A DNA stretch of 64,000 nt from Escherichia coli (GTDB lineage Bacteria > Pseudomonadota > Gammaproteobacteria > Enterobacterales > Enterobacteriaceae), in the NCBI RefSeq assembly GCF_030013595.1, contig NZ_CP122768.1; one strand, written 5' to 3'. Below the pieces are notes generated by a model that saw only the letters and a list, made by a program, of their open reading frames with translations, was not told the origin of the DNA and did not search any database. Positions 10,619 to 20,579 of the stretch are shown piece by piece. How positions within the stretch are numbered: position 1 is the first letter of the stretch; each line of letters begins with the position of its first letter. The position numbers and the translations under genes were made by a program.

Positions 10619-12478
10619 ATGAGCAAAGGAACGACCAGCCAGGATGCCCCGTTCGGGACATTATTGGGCTACGCCCCAGGTGGGGTAGCAATCTACTCTT
10701 CAGATTACAGTTCTCTCGATCCGCAGGAATACGAAGATGACGCCGTATTCCGTAGCTATATCGACGACGAATATATGGGCCACAAATGGCAATGCGTTGA
10801 ATTTGCTCGCCGTTTTCTCTTTCTGAATTACGGTGTGGTCTTCACTGACGTGGGTATGGCGTGGGAGATTTTCTCGCTGCGCTTCCTGCGTGAAGTGGTT
10901 AATGACAACATCCTGCCATTGCAGGCATTTCCTAATGGCTCGCCGCGTGCACCGGTCGCGGGCGCGCTTCTTATCTGGGATAAAGGCGGTGAATTTAAAG
11001 ACACTGGCCATGTCGCCATCATTACCCAATTGCATGGCAACAAAGTCCGTATTGCGGAACAGAACGTGATTCATTCCCCGTTGCCGCAAGGACAACAGTG
11101 GACACGCGAGCTGGAGATGGTGGTCGAAAACGGCTGCTATACCCTTAAAGACACTTTTGATGACACCACCATTCTCGGCTGGATGATCCAGACGGAAGAT
11201 ACTGAATACAGCTTACCGCAGCCGGAAATTGCAGGCGAGCTGCTGAAAATCAGCGGAGCGCGTCTGGAAAACAAAGGCCAGTTTGACGGTAAATGGCTGG
11301 ATGAAAAAGATCCGCTACAAAACGCCTATGTGCAGGCCAACGGTCAGGTGATCAATCAGGATCCGTATCATTACTACACCATTACCGAGAGTGCCGAGCA
11401 GGAGCTGATTAAAGCCACCAACGAGCTGCACCTGATGTATCTTCACGCCACCGACAAGGTGCTGAAAGATGACAACCTGCTGGCGCTGTTCGACATCCCA
11501 AAAATCCTTTGGCCACGTTTGCGTCTCTCCTGGCAGCGTCGCCGTCACCATATGATCACCGGTCGTATGGATTTCTGCATGGATGAGCGTGGCCTGAAGG
11601 TCTACGAATACAACGCCGACTCCGCCTCCTGTCATACCGAAGCGGGCTTGATCCTCGAACGTTGGGCGGAGCAGGGCTATAAAGGCAACGGCTTCAATCC
11701 GGCGGAAGGGCTGATTAACGAACTGGCTGGTGCCTGGAAACACAGTCGTGCACGTCCGTTTGTCCATATCATGCAGGACAAAGATATCGAGGAAAACTAT
11801 CACGCGCAGTTTATGGAGCAGGCGCTGCACCAGGCGGGCTTTGAAACACGTATCTTGCGCGGGCTGGATGAACTGGGCTGGGATGCTGCCGGGCAACTGA
11901 TTGATGGGGAAGGGCGACTGGTTAACTGCGTGTGGAAAACCTGGGCGTGGGAAACCGCGTTTGATCAGATTCGTGAAGTTAGCGACCGTGAGTTTGCTGC
12001 GGTGCCGATCCGTACCGGTCATCCGCAAAATGAAGTGCGTCTTATCGACGTATTGCTGCGCCCGGAAGTGCTGGTCTTTGAACCTCTGTGGACAGTGATC
12101 CCCGGCAACAAAGCGATTCTTCCGATCCTCTGGTCGCTGTTCCCGCACCATCGTTACCTACTGGATACCGATTTCACTGTTAATGATGAACTGGTAAAAA
12201 CAGGTTACGCAGTGAAACCGATCGCTGGTCGCTGTGGTAGCAATATCGACCTGGTCAGCCATCATGAAGAGGTGCTGGACAAAACCAGCGGTAAATTTGC
12301 CGAGCAGAAAAACATCTATCAGCAACTGTGGTGTTTGCCGAAAGTGGACGGTAAATACATTCAGGTATGTACCTTCACCGTTGGCGGCAACTACGGTGGG
12401 ACGTGTTTGCGCGGTGATGAATCACTGGTCATCAAAAAAGAGAGTGATATTGAACCGCTAATTGTGGTGAAAGAGTAA
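10619..12478 (+). CDS. gss: Bifunctional glutathionylspermidine synthetase/amidase
   Basis: 619 aa from the second Met (MSKGTTSQDAPFGTLLGYAPGG); amidase domain at the N-terminus, synthetase domain at the C-terminus. Confidence 0.9.
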   Translation: MSKGTTSQDAPFGTLLGYAPGGVAIYSSDYSSLDPQEYEDDAVFRSYIDDEYMGHKWQCVEFARRFLFLNYGVVFTDVGMAWEIFSLRFLREVVNDNILPLQAFPNGSPRAPVAGALLIWDKGGEFKDTGHVAIITQLHGNKVRIAEQNVIHSPLPQGQQWTRELEMVVENGCYTLKDTFDDTTILGWMIQTEDTEYSLPQPEIAGELLKISGARLENKGQFDGKWLDEKDPLQNAYVQANGQVINQDPYHYYTITESAEQELIKATNELHLMYLHATDKVLKDDNLLALFDIPKILWPRLRLSWQRRRHHMITGRMDFCMDERGLKVYEYNADSASCHTEAGLILERWAEQGYKGNGFNPAEGLINELAGAWKHSRARPFVHIMQDKDIEENYHAQFMEQALHQAGFETRILRGLDELGWDAAGQLIDGEGRLVNCVWKTWAWETAFDQIREVSDREFAAVPIRTGHPQNEVRLIDVLLRPEVLVFEPLWTVIPGNKAILPILWSLFPHHRYLLDTDFTVNDELVKTGYAVKPIAGRCGSNIDLVSHHEEVLDKTSGKFAEQKNIYQQLWCLPKVDGKYIQVCTFTVGGNYGGTCLRGDESLVIKKESDIEPLIVVKE

Positions 12479-12769
12479 TACATGTTGTAGCAACCCCGTA
12501 CTGATTATGAAGAATAATCAGTACGGGGATTAATCAAAACATTCAACATTTATATATTCCAATATTTATTTATTTAATATATGAATATATTAACCAGTGG
12601 AATACCTGTGTTTTGATTATTTCTGAAGATTTTGAATGAATGCTTATTGTCTGATACACAAGAAATAACACTCTTTTTATCGTTAAAAAATGATATTTCA
12701 CTTTGCCCATGCCGTTAAAGTCACTGATAATGCGTCCGTTCGTAAATTCAAAATGGCGTAATCTATTAT

Positions 12770-14269
12770 ATGCTAAATTTATTTGTTGGCCTTGATATAT
12801 ACACAGGGCTTTTGTTATTACTTGCTCTGGCATTTGTGTTGTTCTACGAAGCAATCAATGGTTTTCATGACACGGCGAATGCGGTGGCAACCGTTATTTA
12901 TACTCGTGCCATGCAGCCACAGCTTGCCGTGGTGATGGCGGCATTTTTTAACTTTTTTGGCGTATTGCTAGGCGGACTTAGCGTTGCCTATGCCATTGTC
13001 CATATGTTGCCAACCGATTTGTTGCTGAATATGGGGTCAACTCACGGCCTGGCGATGGTCTTTTCCATGCTGCTGGCGGCGATTATCTGGAACCTGGGAA
13101 CGTGGTTCTTTGGTTTACCGGCCTCCAGTTCGCATACCTTGATTGGTGCGATTATCGGCATCGGTTTAACCAACGCGCTGTTAACCGGCTCATCGGTGAT
13201 GGATGCGTTAAACCTGCGTGAAGTGACCAAAATTTTCTCCTCGCTGATTGTTTCCCCTATCGTCGGCCTGGTCATTGCGGGAGGCCTGATCTTCCTGCTG
13301 CGCCGTTTCTGGAGCGGGACGAAAAAGCGTGACCGTATTCACCGCATTCCGGAAGATCGCAAAAAGAAAAAAGGCAAACGTAAGCCGCCATTCTGGACGC
13401 GTATTGCGCTGATTGTTTCCGCTGCGGGCGTGGCGTTTTCGCACGGCGCGAACGACGGGCAGAAAGGGATCGGCCTGGTGATGCTGGTACTGGTGGGGAT
13501 TGCCCCTGCTGGTTTCGTCGTCAATATGAATGCGTCCGGCTATGAAATTACCCGTACCCGCGATGCCGTCACCAACTTTGAACACTATCTGCAACAGCAT
13601 CCTGAACTGCCGCAGAAGTTGATTGCGATGGAACCTCCATTGCCTGCGGCATCGACTGATGGCACGCAAGTAACGGAGTTTCACTGTCATCCGGCAAATA
13701 CCTTTGATGCGATTGCGCGCGTTAAAACGATGCTGCCAGGCAATATGGAAAGTTACGAGCCGTTAAGCGTGAGTCAGCGCAGCCAGCTGCGCCGCATTAT
13801 GCTGTGCATCTCTGATACCTCCGCGAAGCTGGCGAAACTGCCAGGCGTCAGTAAAGAAGACCAGAACCTGCTGAAAAAACTGCGCAGCGATATGTTAAGC
13901 ACCATTGAGTACGCTCCGGTGTGGATCATCATGGCAGTAGCTCTGGCGCTCGGCATTGGCACCATGATTGGCTGGCGTCGTGTAGCGATGACCATCGGTG
14001 AGAAGATTGGTAAGCGCGGCATGACGTATGCGCAAGGCATGGCGGCACAAATGACGGCGGCAGTGTCTATCGGCCTTGCCAGTTATATTGGGATGCCCGT
14101 CTCCACAACACACGTCCTCTCGTCTGCGGTAGCAGGGACGATGGTGGTGGACGGCGGTGGGTTACAGCGTAAAACGGTAACCAGCATCCTGATGGCGTGG
14201 GTGTTTACTTTACCGGCGGCGATTTTTCTTTCTGGTGGGTTGTACTGGATAGCATTGCAGTTGATTTAA
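12770..14269 (+). CDS. pitB: Low-affinity inorganic phosphate transporter (Pit family)
   Basis: 499-aa polytopic membrane protein with duplicated GxNDGQK-type PHO4 motifs. Confidence 0.9.
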   Translation: MLNLFVGLDIYTGLLLLLALAFVLFYEAINGFHDTANAVATVIYTRAMQPQLAVVMAAFFNFFGVLLGGLSVAYAIVHMLPTDLLLNMGSTHGLAMVFSMLLAAIIWNLGTWFFGLPASSSHTLIGAIIGIGLTNALLTGSSVMDALNLREVTKIFSSLIVSPIVGLVIAGGLIFLLRRFWSGTKKRDRIHRIPEDRKKKKGKRKPPFWTRIALIVSAAGVAFSHGANDGQKGIGLVMLVLVGIAPAGFVVNMNASGYEITRTRDAVTNFEHYLQQHPELPQKLIAMEPPLPAASTDGTQVTEFHCHPANTFDAIARVKTMLPGNMESYEPLSVSQRSQLRRIMLCISDTSAKLAKLPGVSKEDQNLLKKLRSDMLSTIEYAPVWIIMAVALALGIGTMIGWRRVAMTIGEKIGKRGMTYAQGMAAQMTAAVSIGLASYIGMPVSTTHVLSSAVAGTMVVDGGGLQRKTVTSILMAWVFTLPAAIFLSGGLYWIALQLI

Positions 14270-14317
14270 CCTTCCTGAAAATGCCCGGTCCTGGCGATCG
14301 GGCATTTCCATTTTTGA

Positions 14318-15010
14318 CTAGTGATAACCACGCGCGGTCATAAAATCCGTAATCGCTTTTTCCGCATCAACCAGCACTTGTTCCAGCGGTTGATTGGCAT
14401 CGATATCAACCAGTTGCGCGCCTCCAAAGGTTAACTGTGGCGTTATGGCTATCTTCCTTTCCAGCGATTCTCTTTTGTGGTCAGGCTTACGCGCGCAGGC
14501 CACGTCCAGATCGACATTGAGTTTGATGACCAGATCGGGCTTATGGCTCGCCATCCAGTGAAACGCTTTACGTTCCTGGCTTGCCAGCCATGAGACAAAA
14601 CGACCACCTTCAACGTTAGGTGGGAACACCGTACCATCGTAAGCACCAGGAATTTGGTCCTGAGGATAACGGTCGGTTAGAACAATTAACCCGCGACGAC
14701 GACAGGCAAGCATATGACGAAAGCGCAGTAAGCGACGGGCGACAAACGCTGTAATTACCAGCGCCGGAACAGGGCCAGGCAATTTTTTTGCTGTTTTCAC
14801 CTGATTTCGTTCAATTGTTTTATGTAAGGATTTTCCCATCAACGGTAATTTTGTCACTGCACGACCGACATTTCCGGCCTGTTTTCCTAAATGAACTCTT
14901 TCGGCAGCACCATATTTTTCGACAACGGTAATGAGATGTTCACACACCGTTGACTTGCCTGAACCATCGCTACCAATAACGGCAATTAATGGAGGTGTTA
15001 TTGACTGCAT
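14318..15010 (-). CDS. yghT: P-loop NTPase/kinase-like protein
   Basis: 230 aa; Walker [11 protein letters not shown] at N-terminus and a DRY-type motif; paralog of the two following ORFs. Confidence 0.75.
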   Translation of the reverse strand: MQSITPPLIAVIGSDGSGKSTVCEHLITVVEKYGAAERVHLGKQAGNVGRAVTKLPLMGKSLHKTIERNQVKTAKKLPGPVPALVITAFVARRLLRFRHMLACRRRGLIVLTDRYPQDQIPGAYDGTVFPPNVEGGRFVSWLASQERKAFHWMASHKPDLVIKLNVDLDVACARKPDHKRESLERKIAITPQLTFGGAQLVDIDANQPLEQVLVDAEKAITDFMTARGYH

Positions 15011-15183
15011 GAATATATCCTTTAATTTAAATATCCATTAAAAATATTTATTTGGTTAATATGTTTTTATGAAAGCGTAATTCAGGTCAATGTCACAATT
15101 AACCATTGTCACAATAAGGTTGAACGGATATTCTGAGCACGGACCACGTAATATTCAATACATTATTTGCTGCCGGGTTTTTC

Positions 15184-15897
15184 GTGAATCAACGTAATAT
15201 GTCAATAATTAATTCCACGCCAGTGCGTGTTATTGCCATTGTAGGATGTGATGGTTCAGGTAAATCGACCCTCACGGCAAGCCTGGTAAATGAACTGGCA
15301 GCAACAATGCCAACAGAACACATTTATCTCGGGCAATCGTCCGGGCGAATTGGCGAATGGATTTCACAGCTCCCTGTTATTGGCGCACCTTTTGGGCGTT
15401 ATTTGCGAAGTAAAGCGGCACATGTGCACGAAAAGCCCTTAACACCGCCTGGCAATATTACTGCGCTGGTTATCTATCTGCTTTCCTGCTGGCGGGCGTA
15501 CAAGTTTCGCAAAATGTTGTGTAAAAGCCAGCAAGGCTATCTGCTCATCACCGACCGCTACCCGCAGGTTGAAGTGCCGGGTTTTCGCTTTGATGGCCCG
15601 CAATTGGCAAAAACCACGGGCGGTAACGGTTGGATAAAAATGTTAAGGCAGCGCGAGCTGAAGCTGTACCAATGGATGGCGTCTTATTTGCCCGTATTGT
15701 TGATTCGTCTTGGCATTGATGAACAAACCGCGTTTGCGCGTAAACCTGACCACCAACTGGCAGCGTTACAGGAAAAAATCGCCGTTACGCCGCAACTGAC
15801 ATTCAATGGCGCAAAGATCCTTGAACTGGATGGTCGGCAACCAGCCGATGAAATTATGCAAGCGTCACTACGCGCAATTCACGCCGCGCTTTCCTGA
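15184..15897 (+). CDS. yghS: P-loop NTPase/kinase-like protein
   Basis: 237 aa; Walker A VGCDGSGKST; ITDRYPQ motif. Confidence 0.75.
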   Translation: MNQRNMSIINSTPVRVIAIVGCDGSGKSTLTASLVNELAATMPTEHIYLGQSSGRIGEWISQLPVIGAPFGRYLRSKAAHVHEKPLTPPGNITALVIYLLSCWRAYKFRKMLCKSQQGYLLITDRYPQVEVPGFRFDGPQLAKTTGGNGWIKMLRQRELKLYQWMASYLPVLLIRLGIDEQTAFARKPDHQLAALQEKIAVTPQLTFNGAKILELDGRQPADEIMQASLRAIHAALS

Positions 15898-15928
15898 TCA
15901 CCAAAATGGATAGGGGATGATTTAACGA

Positions 15929-16687
15929 ATGGATGCACTACAAACACAAACTGTTAATAGTACAACCGCGCCGCAGCCCAACTACATTCCGGGGCTGATT
16001 GCGGTGGTCGGGTGTGATGGCACCGGTAAATCCACGCTGACCACCGACCTGGTGAAATCGCTGCAACAACACTGGCAAACCGAGCGGCGCTATCTGGGGC
16101 TGCTCTCCGGCGAAGACGGCGACAAAATCAAACGATTGCCGTTGGTTGGCGTCTGGCTGGAACGGCGACTGGCGGCCAAATCCTCGAAAACCCAAAGCAT
16201 GAAAACCAAATCTCCGGCGCTATGGGCGGCGGTGATTATGTACTGCTTTTCGCTGCGAAGAATGGCGAATCTACGCAAGGTTCAGCGACTGGCGCAAAGT
16301 GGCGTTCTGGTGGTCAGCGATCGCTTCCCGCAGGCTGAAATTTCGGGCTTTTATTATGACGGACCGGGGATTGGCGTCGAACGTGCGACCGGGAAAATCA
16401 GCATGTTTCTGGCGCAGCGCGAACGGCGTTTATACCAACAAATGGCGCAATATCGCCCGGAATTAATTATTCGCCTGGGCATTGATATTGAGACTGCCAT
16501 CTCCCGCAAGCCTGACCATGACTATGCCGAGCTGCAGGACAAAATCGGCGTCATGTCGACGATTGGCTATAACGGCACAAAAATTCTTGAGATTGATTCC
16601 AGAGCGCCCTACAGCGAAGTGCTGGAACAGGCACAGAAGGCGGTTTCTCTGGTTGCCATCGTTTCTGACCGCCGAAGTTTAACTTAA
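15929..16687 (+). CDS. yghR: P-loop NTPase/kinase-like protein
   Basis: 252 aa; Walker A VGCDGTGKST; VSDRFPQ motif. Confidence 0.75.
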   Translation: MDALQTQTVNSTTAPQPNYIPGLIAVVGCDGTGKSTLTTDLVKSLQQHWQTERRYLGLLSGEDGDKIKRLPLVGVWLERRLAAKSSKTQSMKTKSPALWAAVIMYCFSLRRMANLRKVQRLAQSGVLVVSDRFPQAEISGFYYDGPGIGVERATGKISMFLAQRERRLYQQMAQYRPELIIRLGIDIETAISRKPDHDYAELQDKIGVMSTIGYNGTKILEIDSRAPYSEVLEQAQKAVSLVAIVSDRRSLT

Positions 16688-16732
16688 GGCTGGCGGGATA
16701 CTTTTTACTATCAACGATAAGGTCAGGCTGAA

Positions 16733-18082
16733 TTGGCGGGTCTTAACATCAAACATTGGTTTGCAGATGGCGCGTTTCGCACCATTATTCGCAATAGCGC
16801 CTGGTTAGGCTCCAGTAATGTCGTGAGCGCCTTGCTGGGTCTGTTGGCGCTCTCGTGTGCCGGTAAAGGGATGACGCCCGCCATGTTTGGCGTACTGGTG
16901 ATTGTGCAATCGTACGCCAAGTCGATCAGCGATTTTATTAAGTTTCAGACATGGCAGTTGGTGGTGCAGTACGGAACGCCAGCCTTGACCAACAATAATC
17001 CGCAGCAATTTCGCAATGTCGTCTCATTTTCCTTCTCGCTGGATATCGTCAGCGGCGCGGTGGCGATTGTCGGCGGCATTGCCTTACTGCCATTCCTTTC
17101 CCATTCATTAGGTCTGGATGACCAAAGCTTTTGGCTGGCGGCGCTGTATTGCACGCTCATTCCTTCAATGGCTTCCTCCACGCCGACCGGCATTCTGCGT
17201 GCGGTAGATCGCTTCGATCTAATTGCTGTACAGCAGGCGACGAAACCTTTTCTGCGCGCAGCGGGGAGCGTCGTAGCTTGGTATTTTGACTTTGGTTTTG
17301 CGGGTTTTGTTATTGCCTGGTACGTGTCGAATCTGGTTGGCGGCACCATGTACTGGTGGTTTGCCGCGCGCGAATTACGCCGCAGAAATATCCATAACGC
17401 GTTCAAATTGAATCTGTTTGAGTCTGCCCGACACATTAAAGGCGCGTGGAGTTTTGTCTGGTCAACCAACATTGCCCACTCCATCTGGTCGGCACGTAAC
17501 TCGTGCAGCACAGTGTTGGTGGGGATCGTGTTAGGACCCGCTGCCGCCGGGTTATTTAAAATCGCCATGACATTCTTCGACGCCGCCGGAACGCCAGCGG
17601 GTTTACTGGGTAAAAGTTTTTACCCAGAGGTGATGCGTTTAGATCCGCGCACCACCAGACCGTGGTTGTTAGGCGTGAAGTCCGGTTTACTGGCGGGCGG
17701 AATCGGTATTCTGGTGGCGCTCGCGGTGTTGATCGTCGGCAAGCCGCTCATTTCGCTGGTGTTTGGCGTTAAGTATCTCGAAGCGTATGACCTGATTCAG
17801 GTGATGCTGGGCGCAATTGTGATCTCGATGCTGGGCTTCCCACAGGAGTCATTGCTATTGATGGCGGGAAAACAGCGCGCTTTTCTCGTGGCGCAAACCA
17901 TCGCCTCAATCGGCTACATCGTATTGCTGTTCATGTTCTGTCATCTGTTTGGCGTGCTGGGGGCTGCATTTGCTTACTTCGGTGGGCAATGTCTGGATGT
18001 GGTGTTCTCGCTAATTCCGACCTTAAAGGCATTTTTTCAGCGCCATTCCTTGCTTTATAACGCAGCCGGAGAGAAATCCTGA
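16733..18082 (+). CDS. yghQ: Multi-span inner membrane protein, MOP/Wzx-like flippase family (start uncertain)
   Basis: 449-aa hydrophobic ORF; stop TGA overlaps the next ATG (ATGATG at 18079-18084); synteny with yghQ. Confidence 0.7.
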   Translation: MAGLNIKHWFADGAFRTIIRNSAWLGSSNVVSALLGLLALSCAGKGMTPAMFGVLVIVQSYAKSISDFIKFQTWQLVVQYGTPALTNNNPQQFRNVVSFSFSLDIVSGAVAIVGGIALLPFLSHSLGLDDQSFWLAALYCTLIPSMASSTPTGILRAVDRFDLIAVQQATKPFLRAAGSVVAWYFDFGFAGFVIAWYVSNLVGGTMYWWFAARELRRRNIHNAFKLNLFESARHIKGAWSFVWSTNIAHSIWSARNSCSTVLVGIVLGPAAAGLFKIAMTFFDAAGTPAGLLGKSFYPEVMRLDPRTTRPWLLGVKSGLLAGGIGILVALAVLIVGKPLISLVFGVKYLEAYDLIQVMLGAIVISMLGFPQESLLLMAGKQRAFLVAQTIASIGYIVLLFMFCHLFGVLGAAFAYFGGQCLDVVFSLIPTLKAFFQRHSLLYNAAGEKS

Positions 18083-18918
18083 TGATGAGAAAATATTTCC
18101 CGCTTGAGGCGAGCGAGCGTCTATTTGTTGCGATTGAAGAAGATGATGTCGTTGATGCACAGGTCAGTTTGCCGCCGACTATCGCACTAAGTTGTACCAC
18201 CGAAATCATCCATGATAATTACGCGTTATGCCTGAAATTCTGGCTGGATGGTGTTAATCGTCAGGAGCTACTGCGTTTAATCCGCAAACAGGCGAAAGGC
18301 GATGAGCTGACGACAGACGAGCGCAAAAAGTATAAATACATGCGAGCGCGCTACAAGCATCTGCGCTTTGCGCAACGGCTGTATTTAAAGAAGCATCAGG
18401 CCGGATTTTTATTCGGCAAAACGACCGTTTTTTTGGGGCGTTTTCAGGACGGCTTTCGTAACGGTAAGAAAAATATTGTGTCGTATTACGGCAACCTGTT
18501 ACGGGTTTATTTAAGCTCTCCGGTCTGGTCGTTGGTGAACTATTCATTACGCCATAGCCAGTTAGAAAGCGTAAGCGGTTTTATTGCCTATCGGCAAAAG
18601 CAAATGCATACCCTGAAAGAGATAATTGCCAAACCGCGACTAACTGGCAGGGAATTTCATGATGTGCGAAAAATCATCAGCCAGCAGGTTTCTTATTACG
18701 ACACCCTAAGATCGCTTGATCCTGAAAATAAAGAGGCGTTACAGATTTCCCGCTTCCTCGCCGCCATTAATGGCCTGATGGGGGATAAACACGACGACAT
18801 GGTGGCGGATGATATGGAAAACCGCCAGTCGTATGATGCACCGATGGCGCTGGATAGCGATATTCGTCAGCGCTTAGAACTGCTGATTTCGCGTTTCCCA
18901 CTATATCCGGAGCAATAA
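18082..18918 (+). CDS. Hypothetical cytoplasmic protein (278 aa), translationally coupled to yghQ
   Basis: Long ORF with start overlapping the yghQ stop and stop overlapping the next start (TAATG); basic and charged, no signal peptide seen. Confidence 0.55.
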   Translation: MMRKYFPLEASERLFVAIEEDDVVDAQVSLPPTIALSCTTEIIHDNYALCLKFWLDGVNRQELLRLIRKQAKGDELTTDERKKYKYMRARYKHLRFAQRLYLKKHQAGFLFGKTTVFLGRFQDGFRNGKKNIVSYYGNLLRVYLSSPVWSLVNYSLRHSQLESVSGFIAYRQKQMHTLKEIIAKPRLTGREFHDVRKIISQQVSYYDTLRSLDPENKEALQISRFLAAINGLMGDKHDDMVADDMENRQSYDAPMALDSDIRQRLELLISRFPLYPEQ

Positions 18919-19478
18919 TGCCATCTCGTTGGATTTTCGCTCTGATCATCGCACTCTTAGCGCCAGGCGCGGCGGCACACAATTTCGTCACTGGCAAAAC
19001 GGTTACCCCTGTTTATATCCAGGAAGGTGGTGAGCTGCTTCTGAATAGCGATGACGAAATTCACTACCAAAAGTGGAACAGCACACAATTGGCGGGAAAA
19101 GTCCGCATTATTCAGTATATCGCCGGGCGTAAGTCGGCGAAGAAAAAGAACTCACTGTTAATTAAAGCGGTTGAAGCGGCAAACTTTCCACAGGATCGTT
19201 TTCAGCCCACCACCATTGTGAACACCGATGATGCCATCTTTGGTACTGGCTATTTTGTCGTTGGCAAAATCGAAAAAAATAAACGCCGCTATCCGTGGGC
19301 GCAATTCGTTATTGACGGCAATGGACAGGGACGTGTTGCTTGGCGGTTGCCGGAGCAGAGTTCAACCATTCTGGTGCTGAATAAAGCCGGGCAAATTCAG
19401 TGGGCAAAGGACGGCAGCCTGACGCCGGAAGAGGTAGATCATGTCATTGCGCTGGCGCAGAAGCTGATCAATGAATAA
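18918..19478 (+). CDS. Hypothetical secreted/periplasmic protein (186 aa)
   Basis: N-terminal signal peptide MPSRWIFALIIALLAPGAAAHNF (AxA cleavage-type site, no lipobox Cys). Confidence 0.55.
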   Translation: MPSRWIFALIIALLAPGAAAHNFVTGKTVTPVYIQEGGELLLNSDDEIHYQKWNSTQLAGKVRIIQYIAGRKSAKKKNSLLIKAVEAANFPQDRFQPTTIVNTDDAIFGTGYFVVGKIEKNKRRYPWAQFVIDGNGQGRVAWRLPEQSSTILVLNKAGQIQWAKDGSLTPEEVDHVIALAQKLINE

Positions 19479-19508
19479 AAAACTCAAAGGATTGAGGGCA
19501 TTAGTGGG

Positions 19509-20579
19509 ATGAAGCTGGTTGAACACTACATCATGCGTGGTACGCGCCGTCTGGTGCTGATTATCGTCGGTTTTCTGATCTTTATTTTCGCCAGCTACTC
19601 CGCACAGCGTTATCTGACCGAAGCGGCAAATGGGACATTAGCTCTTGATGTTGTGCTGGATATTGTTTTCTACAAGGTGCTGATTGCACTGGAGATGTTG
19701 TTACCTGTTGGACTGTATGTGTCAGTTGGCGTGACGCTAGGGCAGATGTATACCGACTCGGAAATTACCGCTATTTCTGCGGCGGGGGGGAGTCCGGGAC
19801 GCTTGTACAAAGCCGTTCTTTATCTGGCGATACCGCTAAGTATTTTTGTCACCCTTCTGTCGATGTATGGTCGGCCGTGGGCTTATGCGCAGATTTATCA
19901 ACTGGAGCAACAGTCGCAGTCGGAGCTGGATGTTCGCCAGTTGCGGGCAAAGAAATTTAACACTAACGATAACGGACGAATGATCCTTTCGCAGACGGTT
20001 GATCAGGATAATAATCGCCTGACTGACGTGCTGATTTATACTTCTACTGCCAATCGAACCCGTATTTTCCGCGCCCGTTCGGTTGATGTGGTTGACCCAT
20101 CACCCGAGAAACCGACCGTTATGTTGCACAACGGCACTGCCTATCTTCTCGATCATCAGGGGCGTGACGACAACGAACAGATCTACCGTCATCTGCAATT
20201 ACATCTGAATCCGCTGGATCAAAGCCCTAACGTCAAACGCAAAGCGAAATCGGTCACGGAGCTGGCGCGCTCCGTCTTTCCAGCCGATCATGCCGAACTG
20301 CAATGGCGACAAAGCCGTGGCCTGACAGCATTGTTGATGGCGCTGCTGGCCATTTCATTAAGTCGGGTAAAACCGCGGCAAGGGCGATTTTCAACATTAT
20401 TGCCACTGACGTTGCTGTTTATTGCCATTTTTTATGGCGGCGACGTCTGCCGTACGCTGGTGGCTAACGGCGCGATTCCCCTCATTCCTGGTTTGTGGTT
20501 AGTACCCGGACTCATGCTAATGGGCCTGCTGATGCTGGTCGCACGCGACTTCTCTTTGCTGCAGAAATTTTCCCGATGA
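19509..20579 (+). CDS. LptF-like permease (YjgP/YjgQ family) paralog
   Basis: 356 aa; membrane topology and YTDSEITAISAAG segment resemble the LptF/LptG family. Confidence 0.7.
   Translation: MKLVEHYIMRGTRRLVLIIVGFLIFIFASYSAQRYLTEAANGTLALDVVLDIVFYKVLIALEMLLPVGLYVSVGVTLGQMYTDSEITAISAAGGSPGRLYKAVLYLAIPLSIFVTLLSMYGRPWAYAQIYQLEQQSQSELDVRQLRAKKFNTNDNGRMILSQTVDQDNNRLTDVLIYTSTANRTRIFRARSVDVVDPSPEKPTVMLHNGTAYLLDHQGRDDNEQIYRHLQLHLNPLDQSPNVKRKAKSVTELARSVFPADHAELQWRQSRGLTALLMALLAISLSRVKPRQGRFSTLLPLTLLFIAIFYGGDVCRTLVANGAIPLIPGLWLVPGLMLMGLLMLVARDFSLLQKFSR

Noticed and set aside
11315-12151. 278-aa ORF antisense to gss
   Set aside because: Opposite strand of a well-supported 619-aa gene; no independent support.
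12480-12770. AT-rich stretch upstream of pitB as possible foreign DNA
   Set aside because: Short, contains only simple AT-rich promoter-like sequence and no repeats or ORFs; consistent with an ordinary regulatory region.
16945-17568. 207-aa ORF antisense to yghQ
   Set aside because: Embedded within the membrane-protein gene on the other strand; composition consistent with a shadow frame.
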